A DNA stretch of 64,000 nucleotides from Azolla caroliniana. Lineage: Eukaryota > Plantae > Polypodiophyta. A program made the position numbers and the translations under genes. Below the pieces are notes generated by a model. It was not told the DNA's origin. It was given only the letters and a program-made list of their open reading frames with translations, and ran no database searches. This document shows, piece by piece, positions 26,290-40,128 of the stretch (the first letter of the stretch is position 1; every line of letters begins with the position of its first letter). The stretch lies in assembly GCA_043228905.1 (NCBI GenBank), contig JBHGNT010000005.1, forward strand, positions 6,572,001 through 6,636,000, written 5' to 3'.

Positions 26290-26510
26290 TGATAAGAAAA
26301 GATATATATTATGTGAAGAGAATATACAGTAGTAGCTAGGAAGCTTAAGACTGGCATTGAACCGATTTGGTTCGAAATAATGCCTTGTGCCTCCTTTTAT
26401 AGTGTTCTAAGGAATACTCCTGAAGTTTCTAGAATGTTCCAGAGAAATCTGGAATATACATCAATTTTCTATAATAAAACATAAATGAAAATAATATTTT
26501 ACGTATTACA

Positions 26511-26575
26511 ATGTATGGTCTAATGGTTAAGAGCTTGACCCATGTAGCATAAGGTCATGGGTTCGAGTCTTGCCA
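26511..26575 (+). promoter_or_regulatory. tRNA-like (Pol III A-box/B-box) module in the LTR U3; copies at 48074-48138 and 52372-52440 (-)
   Basis: TGGTCTAATGG (A box-like) and GGTTCGAGTC (B box-like) at tRNA spacing. The stems are imperfect, so this is not a functional tRNA. Confidence 0.6.
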
Positions 26576-26577
26576 TA

Positions 26578-29500
26578 TCATGACACTATCCCCCCTTCAA
26601 AACGACGAGTGTAACAAGTCGTTTTGGATTGAGGACTCGGTTTGTCTGGATATTGATGATGGAAGTCTTCAAGAAGAGCACGAGCATTGGTGACATTCTC
26701 TATCGGTTCCCAAGTACACTCTCTGGGACTATATCCTAGCCAATCGACTAGATAGTAGAGCTTGTTGCGAACAATCTTGGAATCAAGGATGGCGGCAACC
26801 TCGTACTCGGGTCCATCTTCAAGCTCGATCGAGGGTGGAGGTTGTGTAATACGTCTTGGGATGGTGCTCTCTTGATAGGGTTCGAGGAGAGAACTATGAA
26901 ACACCAGATGTATCCTAAGTTGTGGAGGTAGATCGAGACGAAAAGCGATATCATTAATCTTTCCTATAATACGGAAAGGACCTAATCACCGATAATCCAA
27001 CTACTCGCATGGGTGAGTAGTTTTGATGTGTCGTCGTAGTGGCCATACCCGATCTCCAATGTTAAAACTGGATGGGAGTCGATGACGATCCACATAAACC
27101 TTGTGTGTTTGTTGAGCTTGTTGGAGATGAGTAGATAAATCCGCTTGTATCTTGCGTAACCTCTCCAAACGATCCTCCACGCAAGGATTTGTGGACACCT
27201 CTGGGGTTTCAAGTACATACCACCGGGGGTGATATGCCGTATAAGCATAAAATGGCGTAACTTTAGTCGATGCGTGGATAGAGTTATTATAGGCAAATTC
27301 GGCGAAGTGGAGAATATCTGCCCAGTCATCCTGATGATAGCTGAGAAAGCACCGCAAGTACTGCTCCAGCGTTTGATTTGTTCGTTCGGCTTGGCTATCG
27401 GTTTGTGGGTGGTAGCCGAAGGAGAGGTTACAAGTGACCTTGAGCATTTTAAAAAGGTGCTTCCATAATTTTGACACGAACTGGGGTCCACGGTAGCTGA
27501 TGATACTATCGGGAAGTCCATGATGCCGACATACTTCACGCATGACAATTTCAGCGGAGTCTTCACTGGAGATTTCCTTAGTACATGGCAAGAAATGAGC
27601 CATCTTCATATATCGATCTACCACTGTTAGAATCGCATTGAACCCCTTAGAGACTGGAAGATCTGTGATGAAGTCTAGAGTAATGGATTGCCACGGCTTG
27701 CTTGGAATTGGTAATGGTTCTAATAAACCATATGGATTATGCCTTGGCATTTTTGCTCTGCAGCATGTATCACAGCATGCATTTTTGCGCTGTAGCATGT
27801 ATCACCATACGGGGCCACCAGAATGATCATTGTACTAAATCTAATGTTTTAGTATTACCAAAATGCCCGAATGTATATGTATCATGATAGTTTTGTACTA
27901 CTCGAAGGCGGCAAGAACCATTAGGAACATACAAAAGTTCTTTAAAGAAGAGTAATCCATCATGGTATTTGAATTGCCGATAGTCCGTACCTGGTGGTTG
28001 CGACTGTGAACACGACGCTCGAGAGGGATCAATTTGTGCTAGTATAGCTTGGGCGAAAGCATCTGTCTTCAGGTCCGCACGTATGATATTGATAACGTGG
28101 GAATCCATGCGCATGTCAAAGACCTATGTTGCTTGCAGTTGTGCCGGTCCCAAGATTACTTGCTTTTGGTTATCGAAAGCTGGCTCGCCAAGATGCGGTG
28201 CTAGGTACGAACACTGTGATAATGCATCTACTTTCCCTTGATGCTTCCCAGGTCGATATGTAATCTTAAAGTCGAAACGCATGAGAAAATGGGCCCACCA
28301 AGCTTGACGTCGATTTAACACACGAGCGTCTTGAAAATAGGCGAGGTTTTTGTGGTCATTGAATACAATGACTTGATGAGAAGATCCCTCTAGAAAATGC
28401 CTCCATTGCATAAAAGAGTCCACTATAGCCAATAGCTCTTTATCATGAATTTCATAGTTGATTTTGGCAATGTCAAACTTGCATGAGTGAAAAGCCACAG
28501 GATGTAGCTTTTCATCATTACCTCGTTGTGATAGAATGCTCCCCAATGCAAAATCCGATGCATCTGCTTCGATGATGAATGGTTTTTCTGGATCAACGTG
28601 AGCTAGAATTGGAGCCGATGTAAATGCTTGTTTAAGATTCTCAAAAGCCATGTCCGCTTCTTCAGACCAAACAAACGATTGTCCCTTCCTAGTAAGTTGT
28701 GTAAGAGGCAAAACGAGCTTTGAGTAATCCTCTATAAACTTCTGGTAAAAATTGGCAAAGCCTAGAAAGCATTGTGCATCCCGCACCAAACGCAGAATTT
28801 GCCATTCTACCACCGTTTTGACCTTAGCTGGGTCCATGGAGATGCCTTCTGAGGAAATGCCATAGCCGAGAAATTCCACCTGGTTGCACCCGAAACTACA
28901 TTTTTCCAGCTTTCCATAAAGACCATGTTCTCGAAGTTGTTTTAGTACTAACAGTAGATGAGAATCATGCTCTTCTTGGGTCTTTGAGTAAACCAGTAGA
29001 TCATCCAAATAGATGATTAGACACACATCTAAGAGATCTCGGAAAATATCATTTGCCATGTGCTGGAAGACTGTTGGCGCATTAGTGAGGCCGAACGGCA
29101 TGACCGTATACTCGAAGTGCCCATATTTGGTGTGGAACGCAGTCTTCCATTCATCTCCTGGTCGCATCCGTACGAGGTTATAGGCTCCCCATAAGTCAAT
29201 CTTCGTGAAGAACCTAGCACCATTGATCCGTTCTAAAAGACTTGAGATAAGGGAGAGTGCATACCTATTTCGGATTGTAACCTTATTCAAGCCACAGTAA
29301 TCTACAACGAGACGAAGTGAGCCATCCTTTTTCTTGACGAAGAAAATGGGTCCGCCGGTTGGAGATTTCGAATGTGGTATGAAACCATTCTCCAAATTAT
29401 CCTCTATATAGGCTCGAAGGACTTCCAGTTCAGTTGGTGACAGATTGTAGATCGGTCCCCATGGTGGCTCTTTCCCCGGTTGTAAATCAATGGGGCAATC

Positions 29501-29910
29501 ATATGGTCAATGGTGAGGAAGCGTATTGGCTTGTACTTAATAAAAAACATCGGCATAATGACGATACTTCTCTGGAAGTTGAACGGTGGATTCCTCTTTA
29601 GTGGTGTTGGCGGGTTTTACTGATATTGCGAAGAGGAACATTTCTTCCTTGCGTCCTTCCTCACGCAACTAATGTAGTGAAATCGTTGCAATCTCATGAG
29701 TAGACCCTCAAGCTTTTCAATGCCGGATTTCTCTTGGTCACCAATCTATGTCTGGGTTATGTAATTCAAACCATGATAAATCCTAAGACAATGGGGTGTT
29801 CTGGGATGCTAATTATATTAAATGATATGACACATGCTAGATTATCTAGGACAATATTAATGGGCTCTGACTCTTCTATGATATTTCCTGAGGCAATGGG
29901 ACGACCATCG
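26578..29910 (-). pseudogene. pol of the Tcn1-type element (protease C-part, RT, RNase H, integrase, chromodomain), disrupted
   Basis: YLDDLLVYS, EADASDFALG, DKELLAIV, LDFITDLP, and chromodomain EYEVAAILDSK..YLVDWLGYSPRECTWEP. Confidence 0.93.
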
Positions 29911-29957
29911 TGTTGGGATTACGGTCCCTCCGGATGGGATGGTCGGATGTCCGGGAC

Positions 29958-30108
29958 CCGGATGATGAAGACCCCGGCTACGGAGCCGGATGACGAAGAC
30001 CCCGGCCACGGAGCCGGATGATGAAGACCCCGGCTACGGAGCCGGATGATGAAGACCCCGGCTACGGATCCGGATGATGAAGACCCCGGCTACGGAGCCG
30101 GATGATGA
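29958..30108 (+). repeat. 28-bp tandem repeat (~5.5 copies) in copia U3; second array at 44643-44793
   Basis: Unit CCGGATGATGAAGACCCCGGCTACGGAG. Confidence 0.92.
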
Positions 30109-31179
30109 ATGTACTCGGAGAGAGATCCGGATGCGGGGACATATTTGTGAATATGTTTGCCAAGGGCCCTTGAGGCTATATTTGTAAATAGCCCGAAATT
30201 CATATGTGTATAAATATGACTTAGGGCAAACTGTTTAGTGCTGCTGTAAGTTGTTGCTCATTTTCTGTTTTCCACTTAGAGGGAGCGAAGTGAGAGCAGC
30301 CGAGAGAGAGAGTGAGAGAGAGAGAAAGGAAGAGGTCGACGCCTCTGTGTAATACCGCCGCCTGTGGCGAGGACAGCGAGCTCAAGGTCATTGCCTTGCA
30401 GCTCACCATTGTACATTCCCTGCGTATAGTGATAGTTGGAATCTTGCACTCCCGTGGTTTTTCCCGTCTAGGGTTTTCCACGCTAAACCCTGTGCATTCG
30501 AGTCTCTCTCTGTGTCTGCATTGATTCGTGTTTCCTCGGTTGTGGCCGAGAGGTGAAGGTTTTAAAAGCGTCAATTCCTAACAAACTGGTATCAGAGCGA
30601 CTGCAGTGCAGAAAATGGAAGGCGGCAGCAGCGGGCAGCCGGGGATGATGGTGTTGAACTCACAGAACTACGCCGACTGGAAGATAAAGATGGAAGACCT
30701 TCTCATCTGTTACCGGCCGGCAAGGAGTCCAAAATACGGAGTGAAGGAATTAATTAAGTATGGTTGTAAATAAGCCTAGTATGGACGGACGGACTGGAAA
30801 CGGTATGTCGTTCCAGATCCGGACGGATCCCGAATAGGTGCGATAGGCACCGTTTTGTACTACGGGCCGGAAACCTATTTAAAGGCCCGGACCCCATTGT
30901 AATCGCAGCGAATAATTAATAGAGCATATGGTGTTTATACTTCTGTGTTGATTTCCGTTCTGTACTTACTGTTATATCTTACGCGTGTAATTAACAAAAG
31001 CGCTCTAATCGTGTAACCTACTTAAGTCGGTGTAATCGTTGAATCTTAATCCTATGCCGTAATCACCCTTTGGTGAAGTGTCTCCGTGACACCTTGTGTT
31101 AGGCCTTGTCCGGTCAGAGAATAACACAGTTTTGGCGACCACAATTCCTCCTTTCTCGCAGCGAACGACGGCTTAATGG

Positions 31180-34100
31180 ATGACGAGACCAACGCACGAC
31201 CTGGTTACAGACCGAGCTCGACGCCTCGCCGAACGGCAAAGACGGCGTGAGACTTTCCAGCAAGCAGCGCACGAAATTCGCTCGGATCGTTCGTTCTCCA
31301 ATGAGATCCGGAGAGTCGCGGAGGAATCTCTTCGGTTACATCAAACTCGCGACCAGGACGACGGAAGCAGTCTAAGTAGTCTCCGGGAAACCGAACGCCT
31401 GCTCGAGGCGCTGGCAAGCGGAGAAAACGAGGCAGAAGCCTTTTCAGCCTACGAATCGGATTCCGAAGGGGGATACAGCGTGCACACGAACTACCGGAGC
31501 AGCAACGATACCCCCGGCGGCCCGGAGGACGACGGGTCGGATACCGTGCCGACTCCAGAACTGGAACTGCTCGACCAGGGCTATCCGAAACCGCAAACGG
31601 AAACCGTCAACCCACCAACACCGGAAGTGGAAGAAGCAAAGCCACCGACACCAACGAAAGAGTCGGCGAAGGTACCGAAAGACGAGCCAGTGAAAGAACC
31701 GGAAAAAGAACCGGACGAGGAACCGGAAAAAGCACCGGCAAAACAACCGGAAGTGGAACCGGAGAGAAAACCGGAAAGATATCAACAAACGCCACTAAAC
31801 CGCGGCCTAATACTGGACGACGACATGCCGTTCCAATACTCAAAGTATCGCGATGATCCGGACGCGGAAGCGCATGTTCATGCCTTCGAGCAGACATGGG
31901 AAGCAAATCACACGTCCCAGTGAATGACACCGAAGGAAGAAGAACGCTCGAAGATAGCGGAATTCGGGGTCACGTTGGAAGGACCAGCGACACGATGGCG
32001 GCGGACGCAGGACCCGGCGACCATCACAACCTTTGCAGAATTAAAAGCAAAATTCTTGCATTTTTTCCACAAGGAGGTCGACCAGACGACAATGGTGGGC
32101 CTGTTTTATACGATCCGACAGGAGGCAGGGGAAAGCATTCCCCAATTCGTCATCCGTTTCCAACGAATGCATAGCCAGCTTGCCCGTGCACCCCCGGAGG
32201 AGGAATTACGCACGATATTTTTAAACGCACTCCGGGAACCGTTACGCACGGTGTGTACGGTAATCGACTTTCGAGGAAGCACCATTGACCAGGTCATTGA
32301 CCGGGTCAGAGAAATGGAAAAGTCAAGCTCATGGCTTACACTGGGAACACTGCAACGGGCGTTACCCACCGATGAAGATCTCCGGTTCCGGCAGGCAATT
32401 CAATGCACAATCTGCTTGAATGCCGGACACTCGGCAGTGGAGTGCACCATGCGAACTCAGTGTGTGATTTGTCAATCCAAGAGTCATACAACGGACCGGT
32501 GCGAGTATAACCTGTTAAACCGACAAGCACCACCCGTCCGACGGATCGAGCCAAGAAGCAGCCGAGACGAAGATGACGATCGTTGGCAAAGAATGAACTG
32601 GTACCGACCGGCACAGGATGTCCGGTACGGAGACAGACAAGAGAATGATGGCCGGTACGGGAATCGGCATGATAACTACGACCGGTATGAGCGATCGGAC
32701 CGTTATCAGGAGTCCAACAGACGACACGAGCAATACGACAGAGACCATTCCCCTAGTTACCGAAGGCACCAGGAGGACTACGGCCGATTTTACGATCCAC
32801 CACGACCGGACTACCGAAATAAAAATAAGAATAATAAGAAACGTAATTTCAAGAAAGGTGGTCACACTAGGGACCCGGAACATGGAACCCCAAGGAGCCA
32901 ACCGGCACAGAACGCACCACTCACTACGGGACCGACTCCGGATACCAGCAATGCTGAATCCAGCAATACCCGTAAAGAGTACTGCTATTACTACAGGCAG
33001 GAAGGCCACTACAGTAACCAGTGCCCGGCAAAGAGCTACAATAAACGACCAGCAGTTAATATGGTGGTTCCGGAAGTGGCGGATGTACAGCAAGTAACCA
33101 CACGGTCGAAAGGCATGGCCAAAGAGTGGGAAACACAAGAGGCCATACGAAAACAGGCGACAGAATGGGTGAAGGAAGCCAATGAAAGGAACGTCGCGGA
33201 CACGGAACGGCAAAAGGCGAATACCATAGGGAGTGCCGGCGGTAGCCACCCAGAAAACGAGACATGGCAAGCACTGCAAGAATGTCAGATCACGTTGCCA
33301 TTAGGAAGACTCTTGCAGCTCGTGCCGCGATTTACGGAAGGACTAAAAACGGTCATGACAGACGGTATAGCCCCACCGGCACCAGTCCTCTTCTCGAATC
33401 CGGAGGAGGGACCGACGGTGGTGGACACTAGTAGTCCGGTGATTACAGCTATTGTCAAAGGGCACGAACTTCCCGGCACAGTAATCGATGGAGGTTCCGG
33501 GGTGAACGTAATAAGCCTCCACACGTGTGATGCCTTGGGTATACATGAATGGGAGCCATGTCCGTTTTGGCTACGGATGGCGGATACGAGCTCTATACGG
33601 CCGACGGGCTTAATACGGAAATTGGAAGTCACCATAGGAGGTCACACATTTCACATCTCGGCTGTAGTGCTGCAGCTACAGGCGCAAGGCGCGTACCCAC
33701 TGTTGCTGGGCAGACCATGGTTGAAAACAGCACACATCAAGCAAAATTGGCGGAAAAATATGATTACCTTCCGGCGCGGAAAAGCCAAGGTCCGGGTACC
33801 GACACAACCACGGACGAGCAACGGTAAGGAATGCACATCGCTATATGCGGAATGCGTGAACATGCTTGAAGGGTTGGCAGACGACGAAGAAGCCCAGTAC
33901 TTGGAGGAACACCCGAAGATCGTACCACTCTTCGAGATTGACGTAGCTGAAGCCGTAGCGCCATACTTGCCGCAACGGGACGAAACCGAAGCCGAACCAG
34001 ACAAAGATTCGATTCGGGAATTACGGCAAGCACAGGAAGCGTTGGAACGGGAAATGGCCGTTTCCCAACGGGTAAAAACATCCCAGCTCGACGAAGTGAA

Positions 34101-37050
34101 CCTAGGAAGCAAGGACGAATCAAAGCCGGTACACATCGCCAAAGAAATGAAGCCGGAAGATAAAGCGGCGATGATCAAACTTCTCACGGAGTTTCGCGAC
34201 GTATTCGCCTGGTCATACGAAGACATGCGAGGGCTGGACCCTCAATTATATCAGCATCAGATCCACTTAGGCAAGGACGCGAAACCAGTGGCGCAAAGAC
34301 GTTACCGAATGAACCCCAACTACGCCGCCAAAGTGAAGGAGGAAATCAACAAACTCCTAAGAGTGGGCTTCATCCGGCCGGTAAAGAAAGCGACGTGGCT
34401 GAGCCCCATCGTCGTCGTCCCAAAGAAGAACGGTAAAATCCGCGTGTGTGTAGATTACAGGAAACTAAATGCAGCCACAATTACGGATGCATTCCCTCTT
34501 CCGTTCACGGATGGAGTACTGGATGCCGTCGCCGGCCATGAAGTTTATAGTTTTTTAGACGGGTTCAGCGGATACAATCAAATCCGGATGCACCCTGACG
34601 ACCAGGAGAAGACAACGTTCATCACCGAATGGGGGGTGTTTGTGGCCGAAGTAATGATGTTCGGCCTAAAAACGGCACCAGCAACTTTCCAGCGAATCAT
34701 CATGGAGATCTTCGGCGAATACATTCCTGCCTTCATGCAAGTTTTCCTGGATGATTTTGCAGTCTATAGCCGGGGAAAAGACCATTTGCAGCACCTACGG
34801 TTATGCCTTGAAAAGTGTAGGTTATACCGGCTAAGCTTAAACCCAGCAAAATGCATCTTTGGGGTTTCAAGTGGAATCTTACTGGGACACATTGTAAGTA
34901 AGGAGGGCATTGTGGTCGACCCGGACAAAGTAAACGCGATACTAGGGGCACCGGCGCCGAAAACGGCCAAAGCACTAAGCCGATTCTTAGGACAGATCCG
35001 GTGGCACAGCCGGATGCTCCGTCACTTGGCTGACTTGGCTACACCATTACACACCGCGGTACATCGGACACCGTTCCAATGGACGGATACGGAGGATAAG
35101 GCATACAATGCCCTGAAGGTACTTTTGTCGCAAGCACCCGTCGTGCAGCCTCCGGATTGGAGCAAGGAATTTCATGTGTTCGTTGACGCTTCCGACATCG
35201 CTATCGGCAGCGCCTTAATGCAACTTACGGAGCCTAAATGGTACCGGCCGGTATATTATGCCAGCCGGAAGCTGTCCCAAGCAGAGAAGAACTATTCGAC
35301 GACGGAACGGGAGGCCCTGGGCATGATCTACAGTGTCACAAAGTTTCGTCATTACCTATTGGGAAGGAAGTTCTCCTTTCATGTGGATCACTCGGCGCTC
35401 CTGTACTTAGTGTCCAAGGCATCCCTGACCGGTAAGTTGGCCCGTTGGACCTTGCTGTTGCAGGAGTTCGAATTCGAGATCTTCCACCGGCCCGGTATCC
35501 AGCATGCCGTAGCAGACTACCTGAGCCGGTTAGAGTCCGGAGAATCAGGCGACGGAGTATCGGATGAATTCCCGGACGCAGAGTTATTCTGTATCATCCC
35601 GGAAACGGCAGCGGACGACACGGTGGCATCAGAAGATAGGTGGCTGACAAACATGCACCAGTTCCTAAGCACGGGCCTGCCACCAGAGGATATGAACCGG
35701 GACGAGAGGAAACGACTGGCGGTGCAGAGCCGCAATTTCTGTCTGTTACGGGACACTCTCTACCACAAGGGAGCAGATGGAATATGGAGACGGGCAGTCC
35801 GTAGTGACGAGAAACAAGTAATCTTACGGGAAGCACACTGTGGGGTTGCCGGAGGACACTATGCCGGGGAAGCGACGGCAAGGAAAGTATGGCAGAGCGG
35901 CTTATGGTGGCCCACGACGTTAAAAGACGCCGTCAAGTATGCTAAGGAATGTGACCTATGCCAACGAATGGGCCAGCCTATGGAGCAAGCACGGATGCCA
36001 CACCAACCGGTACTTCCACTAGAGCCATTCCAGAAGTGGGGGTTGGATTTTGTCGGACCGTTCAAGCCACCGGCAATGAGAACGGGTAATCGTTATGTCA
36101 TCGTGGCAACAGATTATTGCACAAAATGGGTGGAGGCTAAGGCCTTGAGAGACAATACCGCGTCATCCACAACAAAATTCCTGTACGAGAACATTTGGTG
36201 CCGATATGGATGTCCGATTGAATTAATCAGCGACCAAGGAGGGCACTTCCCCGGCCAGGTAGTTGAAAGCTTAACAACGTTCTATGCCGTGGTCCATAAA
36301 CGGAGCACACCATACTACCCACAAGCGAACGGGTTAGCAGAGTCAACCAACAAAACGCTCCAGAACATTCTCCGCAAAATCGTCAATGAAAACCGGACGG
36401 ACTGGGATACAAAGCTCCATAGTGCGCTATGGGCGTACCGAACGGCATACAAAACAAGTATCCGGACAACGCTGTTCCGGTTAGCGTTCGGCTTAGAGGC
36501 GGTCATGCCGGTGGAATTTCAGGTACCAAGCTTACGGATCCAACTACGGGAACGGCTGAATGAAAAGGAGTCGGAAGAAATGCGGCTAGCAGCACTATGC
36601 GAACTGGAGGAGCAACGGCTGGCCAGCATCCTACACATGGAACTGGAGCAACGACGACGGAAAGCGTTCGTTGACCGTCACCAGAAAGGTAATGAAAAGA
36701 TGTTCGAAATCGGAAAGCCGGTGCTAGTATTCCAAACGAGGATGGGCAAGATGCCGGGTAAACTCCGGTTTAGATGGACAGGCCCGTATTGGCTGACACG
36801 GGAATACAACGGGTCCTATCAGTTAGGGACACTTGCCGGTGAAGTACTAGGCAAGTGGGTCAACGGATTTAGACTAAAGCCCTATAAAGGACCGATGCCA
36901 AATAACCCGTTTATGCAGCCCACCGGCACTATACCGGGAACGGTACGGATGGAAGAAAAAGACGACGGGGAACCCGTAGCAGAGGCGAAGGAAGACACGG
37001 CAACCCGTAAGGAAAACGGTAAGGGTCCGAAGGGACCTACGGATGTGTAA
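31180..37050 (+). pseudogene. gag-pol polyprotein (gag, CCHC knuckles, protease, RT, RNase H, integrase) with one in-frame TGA at 31921-31923
   Basis: The 247-aa and 1708-aa ORFs are in frame. Motifs CTICLNAGH, VIDGGSGVN, FLDDFAV, VDASD, GLDFVGP and WTGPY. No chromodomain. Confidence 0.95.
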
Positions 37051-37455
37051 GATCACATACCGTCATTTATAAATAATAAAAATAAAAATAAAAATTTAAA
37101 AAAAAAAAAGAAAAAAAGAAAAGAGAAATCATTAAAAATCGAGGTATGAACGGACGTGAAAGCAAGGAGCGAAAAGGTACGTAGTGGGCATTTAAGTGCC
37201 GCCACATTACTTAATACTAAATTAGTACACGACGTGTGCATGCTCGAAAAAGGCGCCAAAACGCACAGAGAAGAAGCAGAACGCATGGAGACCTTTTCAT
37301 TTCGCGAGCCAAGAAGCACAGAAGCACCAAGGCGGTGGAAGCTTACCAAACGCGAACTTGCACTCAGAGAACCCCCACGTTCGGAACTCTCTCTCTCTCG
37401 CTCTCGCTCTCATCACCACTCTACCTCGCCATCTTTCCTCGACCTCAAAGCAGAC

Positions 37456-40128
37456 ATGGAGCCACAAACGCTGTCGGAATCGGCCAGGAAATGGCTCAGG
37501 CAACACGGACTGGATGGGTTCTTGACCATCATGGAGGCACCACCGCACAAAGAAGCCGACCGGGTCATCAAGGAGCTCGACACAGAAGTCATCACCGAGG
37601 AAGCGATCCGTGCGCTAACAGGCCTTCCGGAGGGAGGTATTTTTCAGATTGATAACCCAACCTCGGAGCAACTCATCTGATATTTCGGTGAGTACTCTCT
37701 AGCCGGCAAAGGCTATCGAACGCAGGGCGGCGAAGATCCGCTATTCAGGGAGATAGCTCGAGTGCTCCATGAGTACGGCCACGTGTACCCCCGACCCCCT
37801 GTCATGCCACAAAATCGGGCAGGGATGATCATAGCCACCTATGAAGGGATCAAGGTGGATTGGCCGGTGTTGATTGCAGACGGTTTGTGCGTGGCAATCG
37901 AAACGGTACGAGGAAAGGACGGCAAGGAGGGCCGGAAGCTGTGGCATGCCGTAGCGCAGTGGATAACATTGCTCGTGCCGCCGGTCGAGACCGTTCAGCC
38001 AAAGAAGCGGCCAAGATTATCGGAAGGAAGCACCTCGAAACCCGCGTCCAAACGACAGCAGCTACTGGCGTCGAAGGCGACGAAAGGGAAGAAACGGCTC
38101 CCAGAACCGGAGGAGGTGTCACCGGTCCGACCCGTTAAGATAACCATACGACGACCGGGACAGAAGGAACCGGAACCCTTGACGGCACAGATACATGCTG
38201 CTACCCAGGAAGAGGAAACGGAGGAGCCAGTAGAGCACCTCCAACGACGGTCAAGAAGTAGGACCGCCGGGACAGCGGGGGAGCGTTCGGACCCGCAAAA
38301 GGAAGAAACGCCCCCAACTCAACCTGAGCAAACCATAAGGGAGGAACCGGAACCGGTGCGTATAGAATCGGCCTTGTCGACTTCTATACAAGAAGTCATT
38401 CCAACGGCTCCGGAGACGGCGAGAACCGGAACTCAACAGCCGGCGAGCCCAGCCAGCACACACGGCGGCCAAGAAGTAGAACCAGAACGGCATATACAGG
38501 CACTCAGGCCAGACAATTCCATAGTGAACGAGCCGACCCGACCAGTACAGCAGCAAGGCACCAGTAGCATGTGGCTACGGTGGGTAGGCGAGCAGATCGT
38601 CGGAGCGGTCGAGTACATAGAGGCGGAGGAGAGAGCGCACCACGAACGGTTGCTCGTCACAACCGTAGATCTAGAGACGGCCCGGTCCAGAATCCGGAGC
38701 CTTGAACAAGACTTGGACAGGGTCACAAGGGAAATGGCGCAATTGGCTTTGACAACACAAGTCCAAGCACCGGTGACTCCGGGCAATGTACAGAATAAAG
38801 CGTCAGATCAACCTGTACATAGCAATCAGACCCCGGCAACGGAAACCGTTCCGGAGAGAAATGCGGCACAAGCCCAAGAGCTTGCGGACTTAAAGGATGA
38901 GCTAGCTGCCCAAGAAGCGCTGAGGAGCCGCGAAAGAGAGTTGAAGACGGCAGCGGAGGCAAAACTCAAAAAGACTACTGAGAATCTACGCCGGGCCGAG
39001 GAGAGCTTACGAAAAGGCCACCAAGCGTACGACCGGCTCAAGGAGGAAAAGGAGAAAATGCTGCAAGAGAAGGACAAGCTCCGGAGAAACGCCGAAACAG
39101 AAGTAGAGCGCCTAAAAGAGGAACTCCGGCGACTAAAGGACCGGGAGGACCGGAACCATCGCCAGATCAACGGCAAGCTCAAACAAAAAACGGAGGAATT
39201 TGAGCACTTGCACCGGGAGTATAAACGGTTGCAAACGGAGCACAAGGAACGGATGGATGAGCTCCGGCAAGCAGTTGATCGGACCGCAACGGCATACGCT
39301 AATGAACAAGCGGAAACCAGAAGACGGTTGGAAGAGGCGGAGAAGGTTCGGACAGAGCTCCTCAGGCAACAGCAGGCGGAAAAAGAAAGAGCGGCGGAGG
39401 TACTGCAGAGGCTGCAGACAACATATCAAGGGCAGCTGACGCGCTACAGAGAGCAGGCGGAGGATACGGCTAATCTCATCAAGCAGTTGAAGGAGGAACG
39501 ACAAGTTGTGGAAAGTAGAGCGCAAATGGGAGCAAGTCGCATCCAGGATATCATGCGGGCCTGGTTGAACCAGACCAAGAGCTTGATTGACAACGGTTCC
39601 GTCAAATGGTGGACCAAGTGGGCCACGAATGCGGCGGAACTCCAATTGCTCCGGGCCGACGTAGAGAACCGGCGGAAGGAGGGAGATGGTTGCTATATGC
39701 TGACTTCCGAAGACTTCACCGGCATAAGAGATGAGCTGGCCGAAGACTTTCAAGCCTTGGTAGAGGACCAACTAGGGCAAGTCCGGCAACTTGTAGCTCA
39801 GCTGGACGACGACAGGCTGGAGGCGCAGATCCAGTTTGAAAGCTACGAGAGGTCCCGGATCCGGGAAGAGAAAGCACGAGAACCGGTTACGGTCAACCTC
39901 AGTGATGAGGAACCGTTACTGGAAGGAGACCGGACCGGAAGCAGTCAAACGGGGATGCCGGAGTCAGAGAAACAAACGGAGCAGCCGCCTATAGAGCAGC
40001 CGGAGCAGCCTCAGTCCCAACCGCAACCACAGCAGCAGCAGCAGCAAGCACAGCCGTAGCAACCACAACCGGAAGAACAAGTGGAAACTCTGGAACAAAG
40101 TATTTTGGACAATTTCGGTGAACAATGA
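37456..40128 (+). pseudogene. Extra 3' ORF: conserved-looking N-terminal domain, disordered linker, long coiled coil, Q/P-rich tail; in-frame stops at 37678 and 40057
   Basis: ATG 37456 is in frame with the 765-aa ORF 37762-40059. It shows E/K/R/L heptad-like repeats and no obvious transmembrane helix. Confidence 0.75.

Noticed and set aside
26511-26575. Functional tRNA gene
   Set aside because: The acceptor and anticodon stems do not pair properly, and the sequence is part of an LTR. Kept only as a tRNA-like module.
31918-31926. TGA-ATG junction as programmed stop-restart or readthrough between gag and pol
   Set aside because: It falls inside the gag capsid-like region rather than at a gag/pol boundary. 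A CGA>TGA deamination is simpler, as for the stop at 37678.
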